Below are positions 1 through 9,588 of a DNA stretch of 64,000 nucleotides, in pieces (within the stretch, counting starts at the first letter, position 1; each line of letters begins with the position of its first letter). The stretch is from Aggregatilineales bacterium (lineage in GTDB: Bacteria; Chloroflexota; Anaerolineae; Aggregatilineales; Ch27). Below the pieces are notes generated by a model. The model worked only from the letters and a program-made list of their open reading frames with translations, ran no database searches and was not told where the DNA came from. Location of the stretch: the NCBI GenBank assembly GCA_029976005.1, contig JARKOQ010000149.1, positions 68,400 through 132,399 of the forward strand, in the 5' to 3' direction. The position numbers and the translations under genes are program-made.

Positions 1-1
1 C

Positions 2-289
2 CTCCAGGACGGCCAGGGCGGCGGCGGTGGCGGCGAGACCTACACCGTCCAGATCGCCGACACGCTCGATACCATCGCCCAGGCGTATGACATCGCCATG
101 CTCTCGATCGCCTACGCCAACGACCTGCAAGCCCCCTACCGGATCATGCCCGGCCAGGTGCTCATCATCCCGGCTGACGCCCCGCCCTACGGCGTCATCC
201 CGCCCTTGCCCAATCAAGCCAGCGGCCTCCAGCCCGTCCAACCGGCCAGCGGCGCGGAGGGGCAGAGCAGCGGAGGCAAGAGTGGGTAA
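2..289 (+). CDS. LysM domain protein, C-terminal part (5' end outside window)
   Basis: Frame is open from the window edge to TAA 287-289. Translation ETYTVQIADTLDTIAQAYDIAMLSIAYANDLQAPYRIMPGQVLIIP fits the LysM consensus (YxVxxGDTLxxIA...N.L....I.PGQxLxIP), followed by a Pro/Gln/Ser-rich tail. Confidence 0.7.
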   Translation, partial: LQDGQGGGGGGETYTVQIADTLDTIAQAYDIAMLSIAYANDLQAPYRIMPGQVLIIPADAPPYGVIPPLPNQASGLQPVQPASGAEGQSSGGKSG

Positions 290-341
290 GCCATCCAGGA
301 AGACAGCGCGGCGCTGAAACGCATCCGATCCCGAACGATTC

Positions 342-2243
342 ATGCCTGAGTCCACGCCCAAACCGCGCCGCTGGCTGGTCGTCAAGCTGGCCGACATCGG
401 CGACCTGATCACGATCACCCCGGCCCTGGAACACCTGCGGGAACACGATCTCACAGGTGTGATTCACGTGCTGGCCACCGGGCACAGCGCCGCGATCCTG
501 TGCGAGACCGGCCTGGCCGACGAAGTGATCCTGTTCGACAAGTTTGCTTTCGACCGGCCGGGCGACCTGCTGCGGCCCGCCAACCTCCAGGCCGGGCTGG
601 CCCTGGCGCGCCGCCTGCGCGGCGCGCGCTACGACCACGTCCTGATCCTGCACCACCTGACCACGCGCTTCGGGACGCTCAAATACGCCGGTCTGGCCCT
701 GGCGACCGGCGCGCCTGCCCGCACCGGGCTGGACAACGGGCGAGGCTGGTTCCTGACCGGGCGTTCGGCGGACGAAGGGTTCGGGAGCTATCACGAGGTC
801 AAGTACTGGCTGCGCGTGGTCGATGCCGCGCTGGGGATCGGCGACCGGGCACACAATCCCGCCGATCATCCCCTGCGCGTGGGGATCGCCTCCGCCGACC
901 GGGCCTGGGCGGAAAACCGCCTGCCCGCCGGCGACGGGCCCTGGATCGCCATCCATCCCGGCAGCGGCGGCTATTCGCTGGCCCGCCGCTGGTCGCCCGA
1001 AGGCTTCGCCGCCGTGGCCGACCGGCTGATCGACCAGGGCGCGCGGATCGTACTGGTGGGCGGCCCCGGCGATGATGTCGCCCCCGTGCGCGCGGCCATG
1101 CGCCACCCCCCCCTCGACCTGGCCGGGCAGACCACTCTGGGCCAGTTGGGGGCGCTGCTGGCCCGCTGCGACCTGTTCATCGGAGCCGACAGCGGCGTCA
1201 TGCACCTCGCGGCGGCGGCGGGCACGCGCGTCCTGGCGATCTTTGGGCCGAGCAACGCGGCCGCCTGGGGACCGTGGGCGGCCTCCGAACGGGTGCGCGT
1301 CCTACGCAGCGCCCCGCTGTGCAGTCCGTGCAGCTACGTCTTCGCCGCCGTCGGCCAGCGCGCGGGCTGTCCCGCCCGGACGTGCATGGTTCTGATCACG
1401 CCCGATCAGGTCGTCACGGCCGCGCGGGCGCTGTTGGACGTCCAGCCGCCGCCCGCGCCGCAGGAAGCCTCCCCGCCATCCCCGCGAGCGTGTGTCCGGC
1501 TGCTCGGCGTGCCCCTCGATCCGATCACCTGGGACGACCTGCGCCGGCAGATCGCGGTCTGGGTCGCCGGCGACCGGCCGCGCCAGATTTGCACGGTCAA
1601 CCCGGAATTCGTCATGGTCGCCCAACGCGACATCCACTTCTACGCCATCCTCCAGCGGGCCGACCTGTGCGCCGCCGACGGCATCGGGCTACTGCTCGCC
1701 GCGCGCCTGCGCGGCCAGCCGCTGCCCGACCGGATCACCGGCTCTGACGGGCTGCCCCTAATCACAGGCTGGGCGGCCGAGGCAGGCTGGCGGATTTTCC
1801 TGCTGGGGGCGGCGGAAGGCGTCGCCGCGCGGGCGGCCGACCTGCTGCGGGCGCGCTATCCCGGCGTGCAGATCGTGGGGACCTACGCCGGCTCGCCCGC
1901 CCCGGAGGAAGAAGCGGCCATCGTCGAGCGGATCAATGCCTGCGGCGCGGACATCCTGTTCGTGGCCTACGGCGCGCCCACCCAGGACAAGTGGATCGCG
2001 CGCAACCTGCCCCGGCTGAACGTCAAAGTGGCGATGGGGGTCGGCGGCGCGATCGATTTCGTGACCGGCGCGCAGGTGCGCGCTCCCAAAGGCTGGCAGC
2101 GCCTGGGGCTGGAATGGCTCTACCGCCTGATCCGCGAGCCGTGGCGCTGGAAGCGTATGACCCGCCTGCCGCGCTTCGTGCTGGCCGTTCTGCTGCGCGG
2201 GGAACGCGGCCCGGTGGGAATCGTGGGGCCGCGCCGGGATTAG
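342..2243 (+). CDS. Fused glycosyltransferase: GT9 (heptosyltransferase-like) N-domain + GT26 (WecB/TagA/CpsF) C-domain
   Basis: ATG at 342. N-half motifs RWLVVKLADIGDLITITPALEHLR, IHPGSGG and GADSGVMHLAAAAGTRVLAIFGP are typical of GT9. C-half motifs LLGVPLDPITWDD, CTVNPEFV, FLLGAAEGV, VGGAIDFVTG and LEWLYRLIREPWR are typical of the WecB/TagA/CpsF family. Confidence 0.8.
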   Translation: MPESTPKPRRWLVVKLADIGDLITITPALEHLREHDLTGVIHVLATGHSAAILCETGLADEVILFDKFAFDRPGDLLRPANLQAGLALARRLRGARYDHVLILHHLTTRFGTLKYAGLALATGAPARTGLDNGRGWFLTGRSADEGFGSYHEVKYWLRVVDAALGIGDRAHNPADHPLRVGIASADRAWAENRLPAGDGPWIAIHPGSGGYSLARRWSPEGFAAVADRLIDQGARIVLVGGPGDDVAPVRAAMRHPPLDLAGQTTLGQLGALLARCDLFIGADSGVMHLAAAAGTRVLAIFGPSNAAAWGPWAASERVRVLRSAPLCSPCSYVFAAVGQRAGCPARTCMVLITPDQVVTAARALLDVQPPPAPQEASPPSPRACVRLLGVPLDPITWDDLRRQIAVWVAGDRPRQICTVNPEFVMVAQRDIHFYAILQRADLCAADGIGLLLAARLRGQPLPDRITGSDGLPLITGWAAEAGWRIFLLGAAEGVAARAADLLRARYPGVQIVGTYAGSPAPEEEAAIVERINACGADILFVAYGAPTQDKWIARNLPRLNVKVAMGVGGAIDFVTGAQVRAPKGWQRLGLEWLYRLIREPWRWKRMTRLPRFVLAVLLRGERGPVGIVGPRRD

Positions 2244-2671
2244 CCGCCGGTCTTCTCGCCCATCACCTGGACAACCACCCGGCGTGAGCGGGCGGTATTG
2301 TCGAAGTCCACAAAGAGGATTTGCTGCCAGGTGCCCAGCAGCAGGGCCCGTTCCATGAAGGGCACCGTCAGGGATGGACCCAGCAGCGCGGCGCGGACGT
2401 GGCTGTGCCCGTTGCCATCCCCCCAGCGCAGGTTGTGCTGGTAATGGCGCTCCGGGTCGGCGATCTCGTCGAACAGGCGCCGCAGGTCGCTCAGCGCGCC
2501 GTCCTCGTATTCGATCGTGGTCACGGCGCAGGTCGAGCCGGGACAGAACACCGTGGCGATCCCGCCGTCGAAGCCGCTGTCGCGGACGACCTGGGCCACC
2601 TGGCGGGTAATGTCCACCATGTCGGCGTTGCCGCGAGTCTGAAAGCGCAACGTCGCGGTGTGAATGCCCAT
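2240..2671 (-). CDS. YjbQ/UPF0047 family protein (secondary thiamine-phosphate synthase-like)
   Basis: Internal ATG (cat at 2669-2671) gives 143 aa: MGIHTATLRFQTRGNADMVDIT...HSHVRAALLGPSLTVPF...LLLGTWQQILFVDFD, the YjbQ signature. The upstream part of the 253-aa track ORF is Arg/Ser-rich junk that overlaps rmlC. Confidence 0.85.
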   Translation of the reverse strand: MGIHTATLRFQTRGNADMVDITRQVAQVVRDSGFDGGIATVFCPGSTCAVTTIEYEDGALSDLRRLFDEIADPERHYQHNLRWGDGNGHSHVRAALLGPSLTVPFMERALLLGTWQQILFVDFDNTARSRRVVVQVMGEKTGG

Positions 2672-2693
2672 CGTCTTCCCCCTGGCTGTAAAG

Positions 2694-3248
2694 CTAAAAC
2701 AGATCACCGCTGGCCAGCGTCTCGGCCAGGGAGGGCTGGTGCAGGTCCCGTCCGGACAGGATCGGAGCCGACACCGGCCAGTCAATGCCGATCTGCGGAT
2801 CGTTCCAGGCGATACCGCGCTCATAGGATTTAGCGTAGAAGTCGCTGGTTTTGTACTGGAAGTCCACCGTCTCGCTGAGGACCAGGAACGCGTGCCCGAA
2901 GCCTTTCGGCACCAGGAACATCTGGTGATTGGCCTCGGAGAGCGTAACGGCATTCCACTGCCCGAACGTGGGCGACTCGCGGCGCAGGTCGACCGCCACA
3001 TCGAGGACTTCGCCCTGAGTCACCCACACCAGCTTGTCCTGAGCATAGGGGGGAAGCTGAAAATGAATCCCACGCAGCACCCCCCGCGACGAACGCGAGT
3101 GATTATCCTGCACGAACTCAATATCGATCCCGCCCTGTTCCCGGAAGACGCGCCGATTGTAGCGCTCCAGAAAGAAGCCGCGCTCGTCCGGATGCACGTC
3201 CGGCGTGATCAGCACCAAACCTTGCAGCGATAGGGGTTGAAAGATCAT
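2694..3248 (-). CDS. rfbC: dTDP-4-dehydrorhamnose 3,5-epimerase
   Basis: MIFQPLSLQGLVLITPDVHPDERGFFLERYN...GVLRGIHFQ...QDKLVWVTQGEVLDVAVDLR...FLVPKGFGHAF is a textbook RmlC cupin. Start taken at ATG 3248. Confidence 0.9.
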   Translation of the reverse strand: MIFQPLSLQGLVLITPDVHPDERGFFLERYNRRVFREQGGIDIEFVQDNHSRSSRGVLRGIHFQLPPYAQDKLVWVTQGEVLDVAVDLRRESPTFGQWNAVTLSEANHQMFLVPKGFGHAFLVLSETVDFQYKTSDFYAKSYERGIAWNDPQIGIDWPVSAPILSGRDLHQPSLAETLASGDLF

Positions 3249-3324
3249 GAAAGGGCTTGCCTCTCGGTTGAAATCAGGTCGCAAGCCCCCTCACAATACC
3301 GTCTGCCGGATGGAAAATCAACCC

Positions 3325-4737
3325 TTAGCTCAGCGCCTTCAGCCCTTCCAGGAAGCGCTCGGCCGCCTTGTGCGTGCGCTCCGGCGGCAGGGCATAGCTG
3401 AAGCGAATCCAGTTCGCCCCGGCCTCGCTGAAGTACACTCCTGGCACGACCGCGATCCCGTGCTCCTGGGCCAGGTACTCGCCCAGCCCGGCCGAGTCGG
3501 CGAAACCGCCCGCTTCGATCCAGCGCGTCACGTCCACGAAGGCGTAGTAGCCATCCCCGATCACGTACGTGAAGCCCTGTTCGCCCAGGAAGCGGCGCAG
3601 CCCGGCCCGGCTCTCCGCCGTCGGCCGCACAATCGACTCGCACGCCTCGCCGAAGCCCATCTCGTAGGCGGTGATCGCCACCGCCTGGCTGAAGAAATCC
3701 GGGATCACGCCATGTGAAGCCTGGCTGCTGATGAACTTGATCACGCCCTGATCGGCCAGGACGTGCGCGCTGCGAATATTGCTGGCCCCCAGGCTCTTGG
3801 TCAGGCCGTCCAGCACGATCAGACGCTTGCGCTCCTCCGGCGTGAAAGCCAGCAGCATCTCATTGATGTCGTTGGGCAGGCCGTCCGTCACCCAGTGATA
3901 GATCCAGTCGAAAAGCACGTAGGCCACTCCGGCCTCCAGGGCCGCCTTGGCCAGCGCGATCTGAGCAGTTAGGGGCATGGTGCGCCCGGTCGGGTTGTCG
4001 GGCGAGGTGATGATCAGGCCGCCAATTTTGCGCCCCTGGGCCGCCGCGAAGGCCACGCTCTCGGCCACGCCCTCCGGGGTGATCTTCCAGCCATCGGCGG
4101 GATCGCCCGGCGCGCGCAGCACGTTCATCCCGACCGCGTACGGCCCCCAGTTGTAACTGATCCAGGGTACCGCCGAAGTCAGCAGCGCGTCTCCGACCCG
4201 CCCCGTCCCCAGCCGGATCATGGCCTGGTAAGCCTTGATCAGCCCGTCACGGCCGCCCTGCACCGCCGCCACGTTGTCCGGCCCCCAGCCGGTGGCCGGA
4301 TCGAGCGCCCAGTAGGCCTCGGCGGTGGCCTTCCAGAAGCGCGGCGTGCCGTGCGGCGAATCGTAGGCCGTGCCCTGGGCCTGCTGGAGCCGCAGGGCCG
4401 CTTCCAGGATGTCCCCCGGCACGCCCGGCAGGCTCTCGCCGCCATCGCCCTGGCTGGCGTCGTACGTTTCCGCGTCCGGCCGCCCGACCTTCTGCCTGTA
4501 GGCGGCCAGCCCCTTCTTGATCATGAACATACGCGACGGCGGAATGGTCATCTGCCCGGCCGGATACCCGACCGCCGGGATCAGATGCGCATCGGGAACG
4601 GCAAACACAGGACGATCGCTCACGGTGGGCACTCCCTCTGGTATGCCATTCGGCAGGCTCACAGGCCCGCAAGGAACGGGAATATCAACTGTATCCGCTG
4701 CCCGGACGGAGTCAACGGCGGCTTTTACGATAGCCAT
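3325..4737 (-). CDS. PLP-dependent aminotransferase, class I/II fold (start uncertain)
   Basis: LIITSPDNPTG and the Lys motif LDGLTKSLGASNIRSAH, plus a C-terminal IRFSYA-type motif. Possible starts are TTG 4752, ATG 4737, ATG 4551 and ATG 4530, none with a clear SD. Confidence 0.75.
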   Translation of the reverse strand: MAIVKAAVDSVRAADTVDIPVPCGPVSLPNGIPEGVPTVSDRPVFAVPDAHLIPAVGYPAGQMTIPPSRMFMIKKGLAAYRQKVGRPDAETYDASQGDGGESLPGVPGDILEAALRLQQAQGTAYDSPHGTPRFWKATAEAYWALDPATGWGPDNVAAVQGGRDGLIKAYQAMIRLGTGRVGDALLTSAVPWISYNWGPYAVGMNVLRAPGDPADGWKITPEGVAESVAFAAAQGRKIGGLIITSPDNPTGRTMPLTAQIALAKAALEAGVAYVLFDWIYHWVTDGLPNDINEMLLAFTPEERKRLIVLDGLTKSLGASNIRSAHVLADQGVIKFISSQASHGVIPDFFSQAVAITAYEMGFGEACESIVRPTAESRAGLRRFLGEQGFTYVIGDGYYAFVDVTRWIEAGGFADSAGLGEYLAQEHGIAVVPGVYFSEAGANWIRFSYALPPERTHKAAERFLEGLKALS

Positions 4738-4936
4738 TGTGCACAATAGCAAAGGCGATTTTACTGCCCAATCCGGCCGGATGCATTACAATCACCCTGG
4801 CAGCTTGAGCCACATCTGAAATCCAGACGGACAGGCCGGTCACGGCATCTGTTTCCATCCAGCAGACCGGCCGCTTGCAACGTCTTGGGTTTTGACCAAG
4901 AACCAACCACCGATCACCTTTTTCGAGGAGAATCGC

Positions 4937-5830
4937 ATGACCACCGTCGGTTACATTGGCCTGGGCCTGATGGGCGCGCCGATCGCCCGCAACCTGATGA
5001 AAGCCGGCCACACGCTGGTCGTCCACAACCGCAGCCGCGCCATTGTCGACCAGCTCGTCGCGGAAGGCGCGCGCGCTGCCTTCTCGCCCAGGGAAGTCGC
5101 CGCGCAAGTCGAGATCGTGTTCACCAACCTGCCCGACTCGCCGGATGTCGAACAGGTCGCACTCGGCCCGGATGGAATCATCGAAGGCGCGCACCCCGGC
5201 CTGATCTTCATCGACAACAGCACGATCAAGCCGGAGACAGCCCGCCACATCGCGGCCGAGCTGGCGAAGGCCGGAATCGCGGCCCTGGACGCCCCGGTCA
5301 GCGGTGGGGACGTCGGCGCCAGGGCGGGCACGCTTGCGATCATGGTCGGCGGCGAGGAAGCTGCTTTCCAGACAGCCCTGCCGGTCCTCCAGGCGATGGG
5401 CAAGACCATCACCCACATCGGCGCGAGCGGCGCGGGCCAGGTGACCAAGGCCGCCAACCAGATCATGGTCGTCGCCCAGATGCTCGGCATGGCCGAAGCC
5501 CTGGTGCTCAGCCAGAAGGCCGGGGTCGACCCGGAGCGTGTCGTGCAGGCCATCAGCCGGGGCGCGGCCCAATGCTGGGCGCTGGACACCAAACCCCAGC
5601 GTATCTTCCGCCGCGAGCTGACGCCCGGCTTCAAGGCCCACATGCAGCACAAAGACCTGAACATCGTCCTGGATACCGGGAATGCGTACGGCATCCCCCT
5701 GCCGCTGACGGCCCTGGCCCAGCAGCTTTACCGGGCGATGCTCGCCGCCGGCAACGGCCACCTGGACAACAGCGCGGTCATCACCGTCCTGGAAGCGCTG
5801 GCCGGAGTCACCGTCGGCAAGGCCGAATAA
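4937..5830 (+). CDS. NAD(P)-dependent beta-hydroxyacid dehydrogenase (2-hydroxy-3-oxopropionate / 3-hydroxyisobutyrate reductase family)
   Basis: GAGGAG lies 7 nt before ATG 4937. Rossmann motif VGYIGLGLMGAPIARNL, followed by DAPVSGG and the GAGQVTKAANQ motifs of the family. Confidence 0.85.
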   Translation: MTTVGYIGLGLMGAPIARNLMKAGHTLVVHNRSRAIVDQLVAEGARAAFSPREVAAQVEIVFTNLPDSPDVEQVALGPDGIIEGAHPGLIFIDNSTIKPETARHIAAELAKAGIAALDAPVSGGDVGARAGTLAIMVGGEEAAFQTALPVLQAMGKTITHIGASGAGQVTKAANQIMVVAQMLGMAEALVLSQKAGVDPERVVQAISRGAAQCWALDTKPQRIFRRELTPGFKAHMQHKDLNIVLDTGNAYGIPLPLTALAQQLYRAMLAAGNGHLDNSAVITVLEALAGVTVGKAE

Positions 5831-5950
5831 CAAACGCCATACCGGCGCGATTGTTGGCGTCCGGCATGTTGGTATACAATGAACGCAACATCTGCGCCGC
5901 GGCCTGCACGTGCGGGCTGCGCCATGCCCGGTGAGGATGGAATCAGCGCC

Positions 5951-8029
5951 ATGTCCGAAGATCAAGCTCTCCAGTATCTCCAACAGGGGATCGCGGCCGC
6001 CAAAGCCAAACAGAACGACGAAGCCCGCCGCCTGCTTCAGAACTCGATTCGCCTCAACCCGGCCAATGAAACCGCCTGGCTGTGGTTGAGCAGCGTTGCC
6101 AAGGATCAAAACGAGCGCGTCTTCTGCCTGCGCCAGTTGCTCCAGATCAACCCGAACAACGAGATGGCGATCAAGGGCCTTCAGGCCCTGGGGGTTAGTT
6201 CGGAGCCGGAGAAAGCCGCCGCCCCGCGCAACATCATCCCCCTCCCTCCGGCGGACAAGATCAAGGCGGCGCTTCAGGCGCTCAAACCTATCCTGGAACG
6301 CCTGACCACGACGCAAGACCCCTACGCCGACCTGCTGTGGAAGCACAAGACACGCAACCGCGCCGGGGAGCGCGCCGCGACCCTGCTCACGCTGGCCGTC
6401 CGGAGCATCCCCGTGCTGGCGCTGCTGTGTCTGATCGCCGGGGGCGCTTTCGTCGCCACCCGGCCGGGTGGGATCGCCATGGCCCCCACCTGGACGCCCA
6501 GCCACACCCCCACCCAAACCGCGACGCCCACGCCCGGCTTCACGCCGACGCCCTCGCCCACGCCGCAGCTCACCTATACCCCCAGCCCCACACTGGAACC
6601 GGCGGTCCCGCGCGGCAACCTCTTCTCGGAAATGACGCCGACTCCGGTCTATCCACGCATCAGCAGCGGGCCGCTGCTGCAAGCCGTGGTGCGCATGGAT
6701 CGCCAGGAGTACGCCCAGGTGCTGCCGACCCTGGAAAGCGAGCGCGCCCTGACCTCGTCCAACTTTGACCCGGCCCCCTACTACTACGAGGCGATCGCGC
6801 TGGTCAACACGGGTGATACCGAGCGCGCCCTGCGCACGATGGAAGAGGCCCAGGGCCGGCTGGAAGAACTGCGCGAACTGGATCGCCAGCAGGCTGAGCC
6901 GCTCGTCGAGGCCGGACTGGCTTACGTCTACGCCGCCAGCGGCAACTACACTGCCTCCAATGCGGCCGCCGATCGCGCGCTGGCGGGGGATGCGCGCCTG
7001 CGTATGCCCTACCAGATTCTGGCCCAGAATGCGATGCGGGTGGGCGACCTGCAAGAAGCCGGCGACGTCATCGCGGAAGGGCTGCGCGGCGATCCCGGCG
7101 ACGTCCACCTGTGGATTCTGCGCGGCCGGCTGAACCTGCTGCGCAACCAGCCCGCCGACGCCCAGCAAGATGCCTACGTGGCCCTGAGTATCGATCCCAC
7201 CTCCGAAAGCGCCTACCTGCTGCAAGCCCAGGCGGACATGGCGCGCGGGGACTATGGCCTGGCCGTCCTGCACCTCCAGGGCTATCTGTTCATCTATCCG
7301 GGCAGCATCGACGGCTGGACGCTGCTGGGCGACGCGCGCACCCTGGAAGGCAATTACGACCTCGCCATCGAAGCCTATTCCCAGGCGCTCAACACGGAAG
7401 ACCTGCTGCCGGCCCAGGCCGGTGCCCTGATGCAGCGCGCGGCGCTGTACATGCGGCGCCATCAGTACGGGCTGGCCTCCGAGGATTACAGCGCCGCCCT
7501 GCGCCTGGACGAAGACAATGCCCCGGCACGCGAAGGCCGGGCCATCGCCGCCTATCGCGCCGGGCGCTTCGGGGAAGCGATCGAGGACATCGACGTGCTG
7601 CTGGACGCCATCCCCGGCCGCAACGACCTGCGCCTGCTCAAGGCCCAGGCTCTGGTCGAAGGCGCGAACCCGCGCAACGAATCCGCGTTCGCGGCGGCCA
7701 TGGGCGACGCGCTCGACATCCTGGCCGGCAACTTCCCGGATCAGCTCAACACGGCCGCCCAGCAAGCCACGGCCCTGGAATATCGCGCCCGCGTCCTGTT
7801 CAACCAGGAAGCCTATGGCGACGCGCTGAACGACCTCGACAAAGCGCTCCAGCGCGTCCAGACCGGCTCTCAGCATTACTGGCGGGGGCGCGTCCTGGAA
7901 GCGCGCGGCGAAACGGAAGACGCCCGCCGGGAATACGAATGGGTGCGGCTGTGGGGCCAGGTCTACAACTACCCCTTCCTGGCCGATGCCATCACCCGGC
8001 TGAACGCCCTGACGGCGGCGGAGAGCTAA
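5951..8029 (+). CDS. TPR-repeat protein with one central transmembrane (TM) segment and a Thr/Pro-rich linker
   Basis: N-terminal TPRs (ALQYLQQGIAAAKAKQNDEARRLLQNSIRLNPANETAWLWL), TM segment AVRSIPVLALLCLIAGGAFVA, linker TPSHTPTQTATPTPGFTPTPSPTP, then about 11 TPR-like repeats. Start taken at ATG 5951. Confidence 0.75.
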   Translation: MSEDQALQYLQQGIAAAKAKQNDEARRLLQNSIRLNPANETAWLWLSSVAKDQNERVFCLRQLLQINPNNEMAIKGLQALGVSSEPEKAAAPRNIIPLPPADKIKAALQALKPILERLTTTQDPYADLLWKHKTRNRAGERAATLLTLAVRSIPVLALLCLIAGGAFVATRPGGIAMAPTWTPSHTPTQTATPTPGFTPTPSPTPQLTYTPSPTLEPAVPRGNLFSEMTPTPVYPRISSGPLLQAVVRMDRQEYAQVLPTLESERALTSSNFDPAPYYYEAIALVNTGDTERALRTMEEAQGRLEELRELDRQQAEPLVEAGLAYVYAASGNYTASNAAADRALAGDARLRMPYQILAQNAMRVGDLQEAGDVIAEGLRGDPGDVHLWILRGRLNLLRNQPADAQQDAYVALSIDPTSESAYLLQAQADMARGDYGLAVLHLQGYLFIYPGSIDGWTLLGDARTLEGNYDLAIEAYSQALNTEDLLPAQAGALMQRAALYMRRHQYGLASEDYSAALRLDEDNAPAREGRAIAAYRAGRFGEAIEDIDVLLDAIPGRNDLRLLKAQALVEGANPRNESAFAAAMGDALDILAGNFPDQLNTAAQQATALEYRARVLFNQEAYGDALNDLDKALQRVQTGSQHYWRGRVLEARGETEDARREYEWVRLWGQVYNYPFLADAITRLNALTAAES

Positions 8030-8053
8030 CCGCGCCCGTCCCACATAAAAAGC

Positions 8054-8094
8054 ACACAGGCAGGCGGGAGTCCCCCACCTGCCTGTGTTTTTTC
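8054..8094. terminator. Bidirectional intrinsic terminator between convergent genes
   Basis: ACACAGGCAGG / CCTGCCTGTGT stem (11 bp) with a 13-nt loop. It is followed by TTTTTT on the plus strand and preceded by AAAAA, which reads as a T-tract on the minus strand. Confidence 0.65.
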
Positions 8095-8112
8095 TCCGCA
8101 AGCCAACCCCTT

Positions 8113-9588
8113 CTAGCGCGGGGCGGGCGTCGTCTTGATCCGCTCCAGGGCGTCGGTCACACGCTTGAGGGCGTCGGCGCTCTCCGGCACCTCGCCGTAA
8201 TGGACGCGCACGTAGGCGTCGGTGATGGCGTCGATCTCGGCCTGCACCGCCGGAAAGGCCTGGAGCAGCGTGGCCTGATACTCATACGGCGTCTGCGAGA
8301 CCGGCCGGGGATAGCCCTGTTTGGCGGCCAACCGCGCCATCTGCGCGTAGGCACGCCGGATGGTCAGCGCCGCGAACAGATCGCGCCCCAGGCCAAACTG
8401 GCCGACGGCATGCAGCATCGCGTTCATGGCGTCCAGCCCGCGCTGGAACAGGCCGCGCAGGCCGCCCAGGGCATCGCCCTCCAGGTCTTCGCGCTCCTCG
8501 TCCTGGGGCAGCGCCGCCCGCTGGCGGCGGCCCAGGGTCAGCACGATGATGGCGACCACGATCAGCAGAACCACGATCGTCAGACAGCCGCCCACCCCGC
8601 CAAACAGGTCGAAGAACTGCTGAAGGCGGTTGAACAGGTCTTGCAGCGCCCCGGTCTGCTGCTGGGGAGTCCCCTCGATCACGTTCGAGAACGGGGTGGT
8701 CTGCATGAAGTTGCCCATCAACTGGCCGCCGAAAGCGTTCAGGATGGCTTCCGCGATCGCCTCGATGACCAGGAACAGGGGCGTCATGAGCACCGTGAAC
8801 ACCAGCAGCACAGCGGCGAAAATCGGCTGGAACACCCCGGCAATCGCGTCGGGATCGAGTCCACTCAGACCGGCCGAGATAGCGAAGCCGATCAGGGTCG
8901 TGACCGCCGCCGCCAGGATCATGAAGAACATCCAGCGCGGGCCAAAAGTCACGGCCTGCCCGCCGGTCTCCCGCAGGGAGATCGCGCGGGCCAGGCTGGT
9001 CCCCAGCAGGCCGCAGAAGAAGAAGGGTGAGAGCGAGGCCATGACCGCCCCCTGCGCCTCTGGGACAATCGCCGCCGCCAGGTAGAACAGGATGCCCAAC
9101 CGCATCCCGAAGGCGATCCGGATCGGCGTCGGCATCACGATTCCCAGGCGCAGCCCGCGCCACCACACCAGGCCAAGCAGCGCCAGGATCGGCAGGATGG
9201 GCGGCAGGGTCAGGACTTGCACCGGCTCGACGACGTTCTCGTCGATCACCGGGGCCGTGTCCGGCCCGACCAGGGGGGCCAGCACCGTCCCGGCGGCGAG
9301 CAGTACGGCCAGACCCAGCAGCAGCAAAAACAACGTCTGGCGCAGGTTCTCGTACATGCCACGCGAGTCCAGCAGGCGCACCAGCAGCAGCGCGATCAGC
9401 AGGTTGGCCACTACAAAGGCCAGCAGGCCATACACCGGGATTTGCCGGGCCTGGGGCAGCACGATCGCGAACCAGGGCGCGATCCACAGGGCTTCCATCG
9501 CCCCGGCCAGCAGGTGGGCCGCTTCCTGGCGGGGATCGAGCCGGATGTAGCGAAGCTCCGGATCATGCAGACGGCGAATCAGGTTCAC
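8113..9588 (-). CDS. Polytopic membrane protein with C-terminal DUF4129 domain (TgpA-like, no transglutaminase core seen)
   Basis: GTG 9588 is preceded by GGGAGG and overlaps the upstream stop (GTGA). About 9 hydrophobic helices. C-terminus RRAYAQMARLAAKQGYPRPVSQTPYEYQATLL...AYVRVHYGE matches the DUF4129 pattern (TPxEY...Y..xxYG). Confidence 0.7.
   Translation of the reverse strand: MNLIRRLHDPELRYIRLDPRQEAAHLLAGAMEALWIAPWFAIVLPQARQIPVYGLLAFVVANLLIALLLVRLLDSRGMYENLRQTLFLLLLGLAVLLAAGTVLAPLVGPDTAPVIDENVVEPVQVLTLPPILPILALLGLVWWRGLRLGIVMPTPIRIAFGMRLGILFYLAAAIVPEAQGAVMASLSPFFFCGLLGTSLARAISLRETGGQAVTFGPRWMFFMILAAAVTTLIGFAISAGLSGLDPDAIAGVFQPIFAAVLLVFTVLMTPLFLVIEAIAEAILNAFGGQLMGNFMQTTPFSNVIEGTPQQQTGALQDLFNRLQQFFDLFGGVGGCLTIVVLLIVVAIIVLTLGRRQRAALPQDEEREDLEGDALGGLRGLFQRGLDAMNAMLHAVGQFGLGRDLFAALTIRRAYAQMARLAAKQGYPRPVSQTPYEYQATLLQAFPAVQAEIDAITDAYVRVHYGEVPESADALKRVTDALERIKTTPAPR

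Noticed and set aside
4712-8101. 1129-aa minus-strand ORF, the longest in the window
   Set aside because: It lies antisense to two well-supported plus-strand genes (a dehydrogenase with a Rossmann motif, and the TPR protein). Its translation is Arg/Gly/Ala/Pro-rich low complexity with no recognisable domain. This is typical of stop-poor antisense frames in GC-rich DNA.
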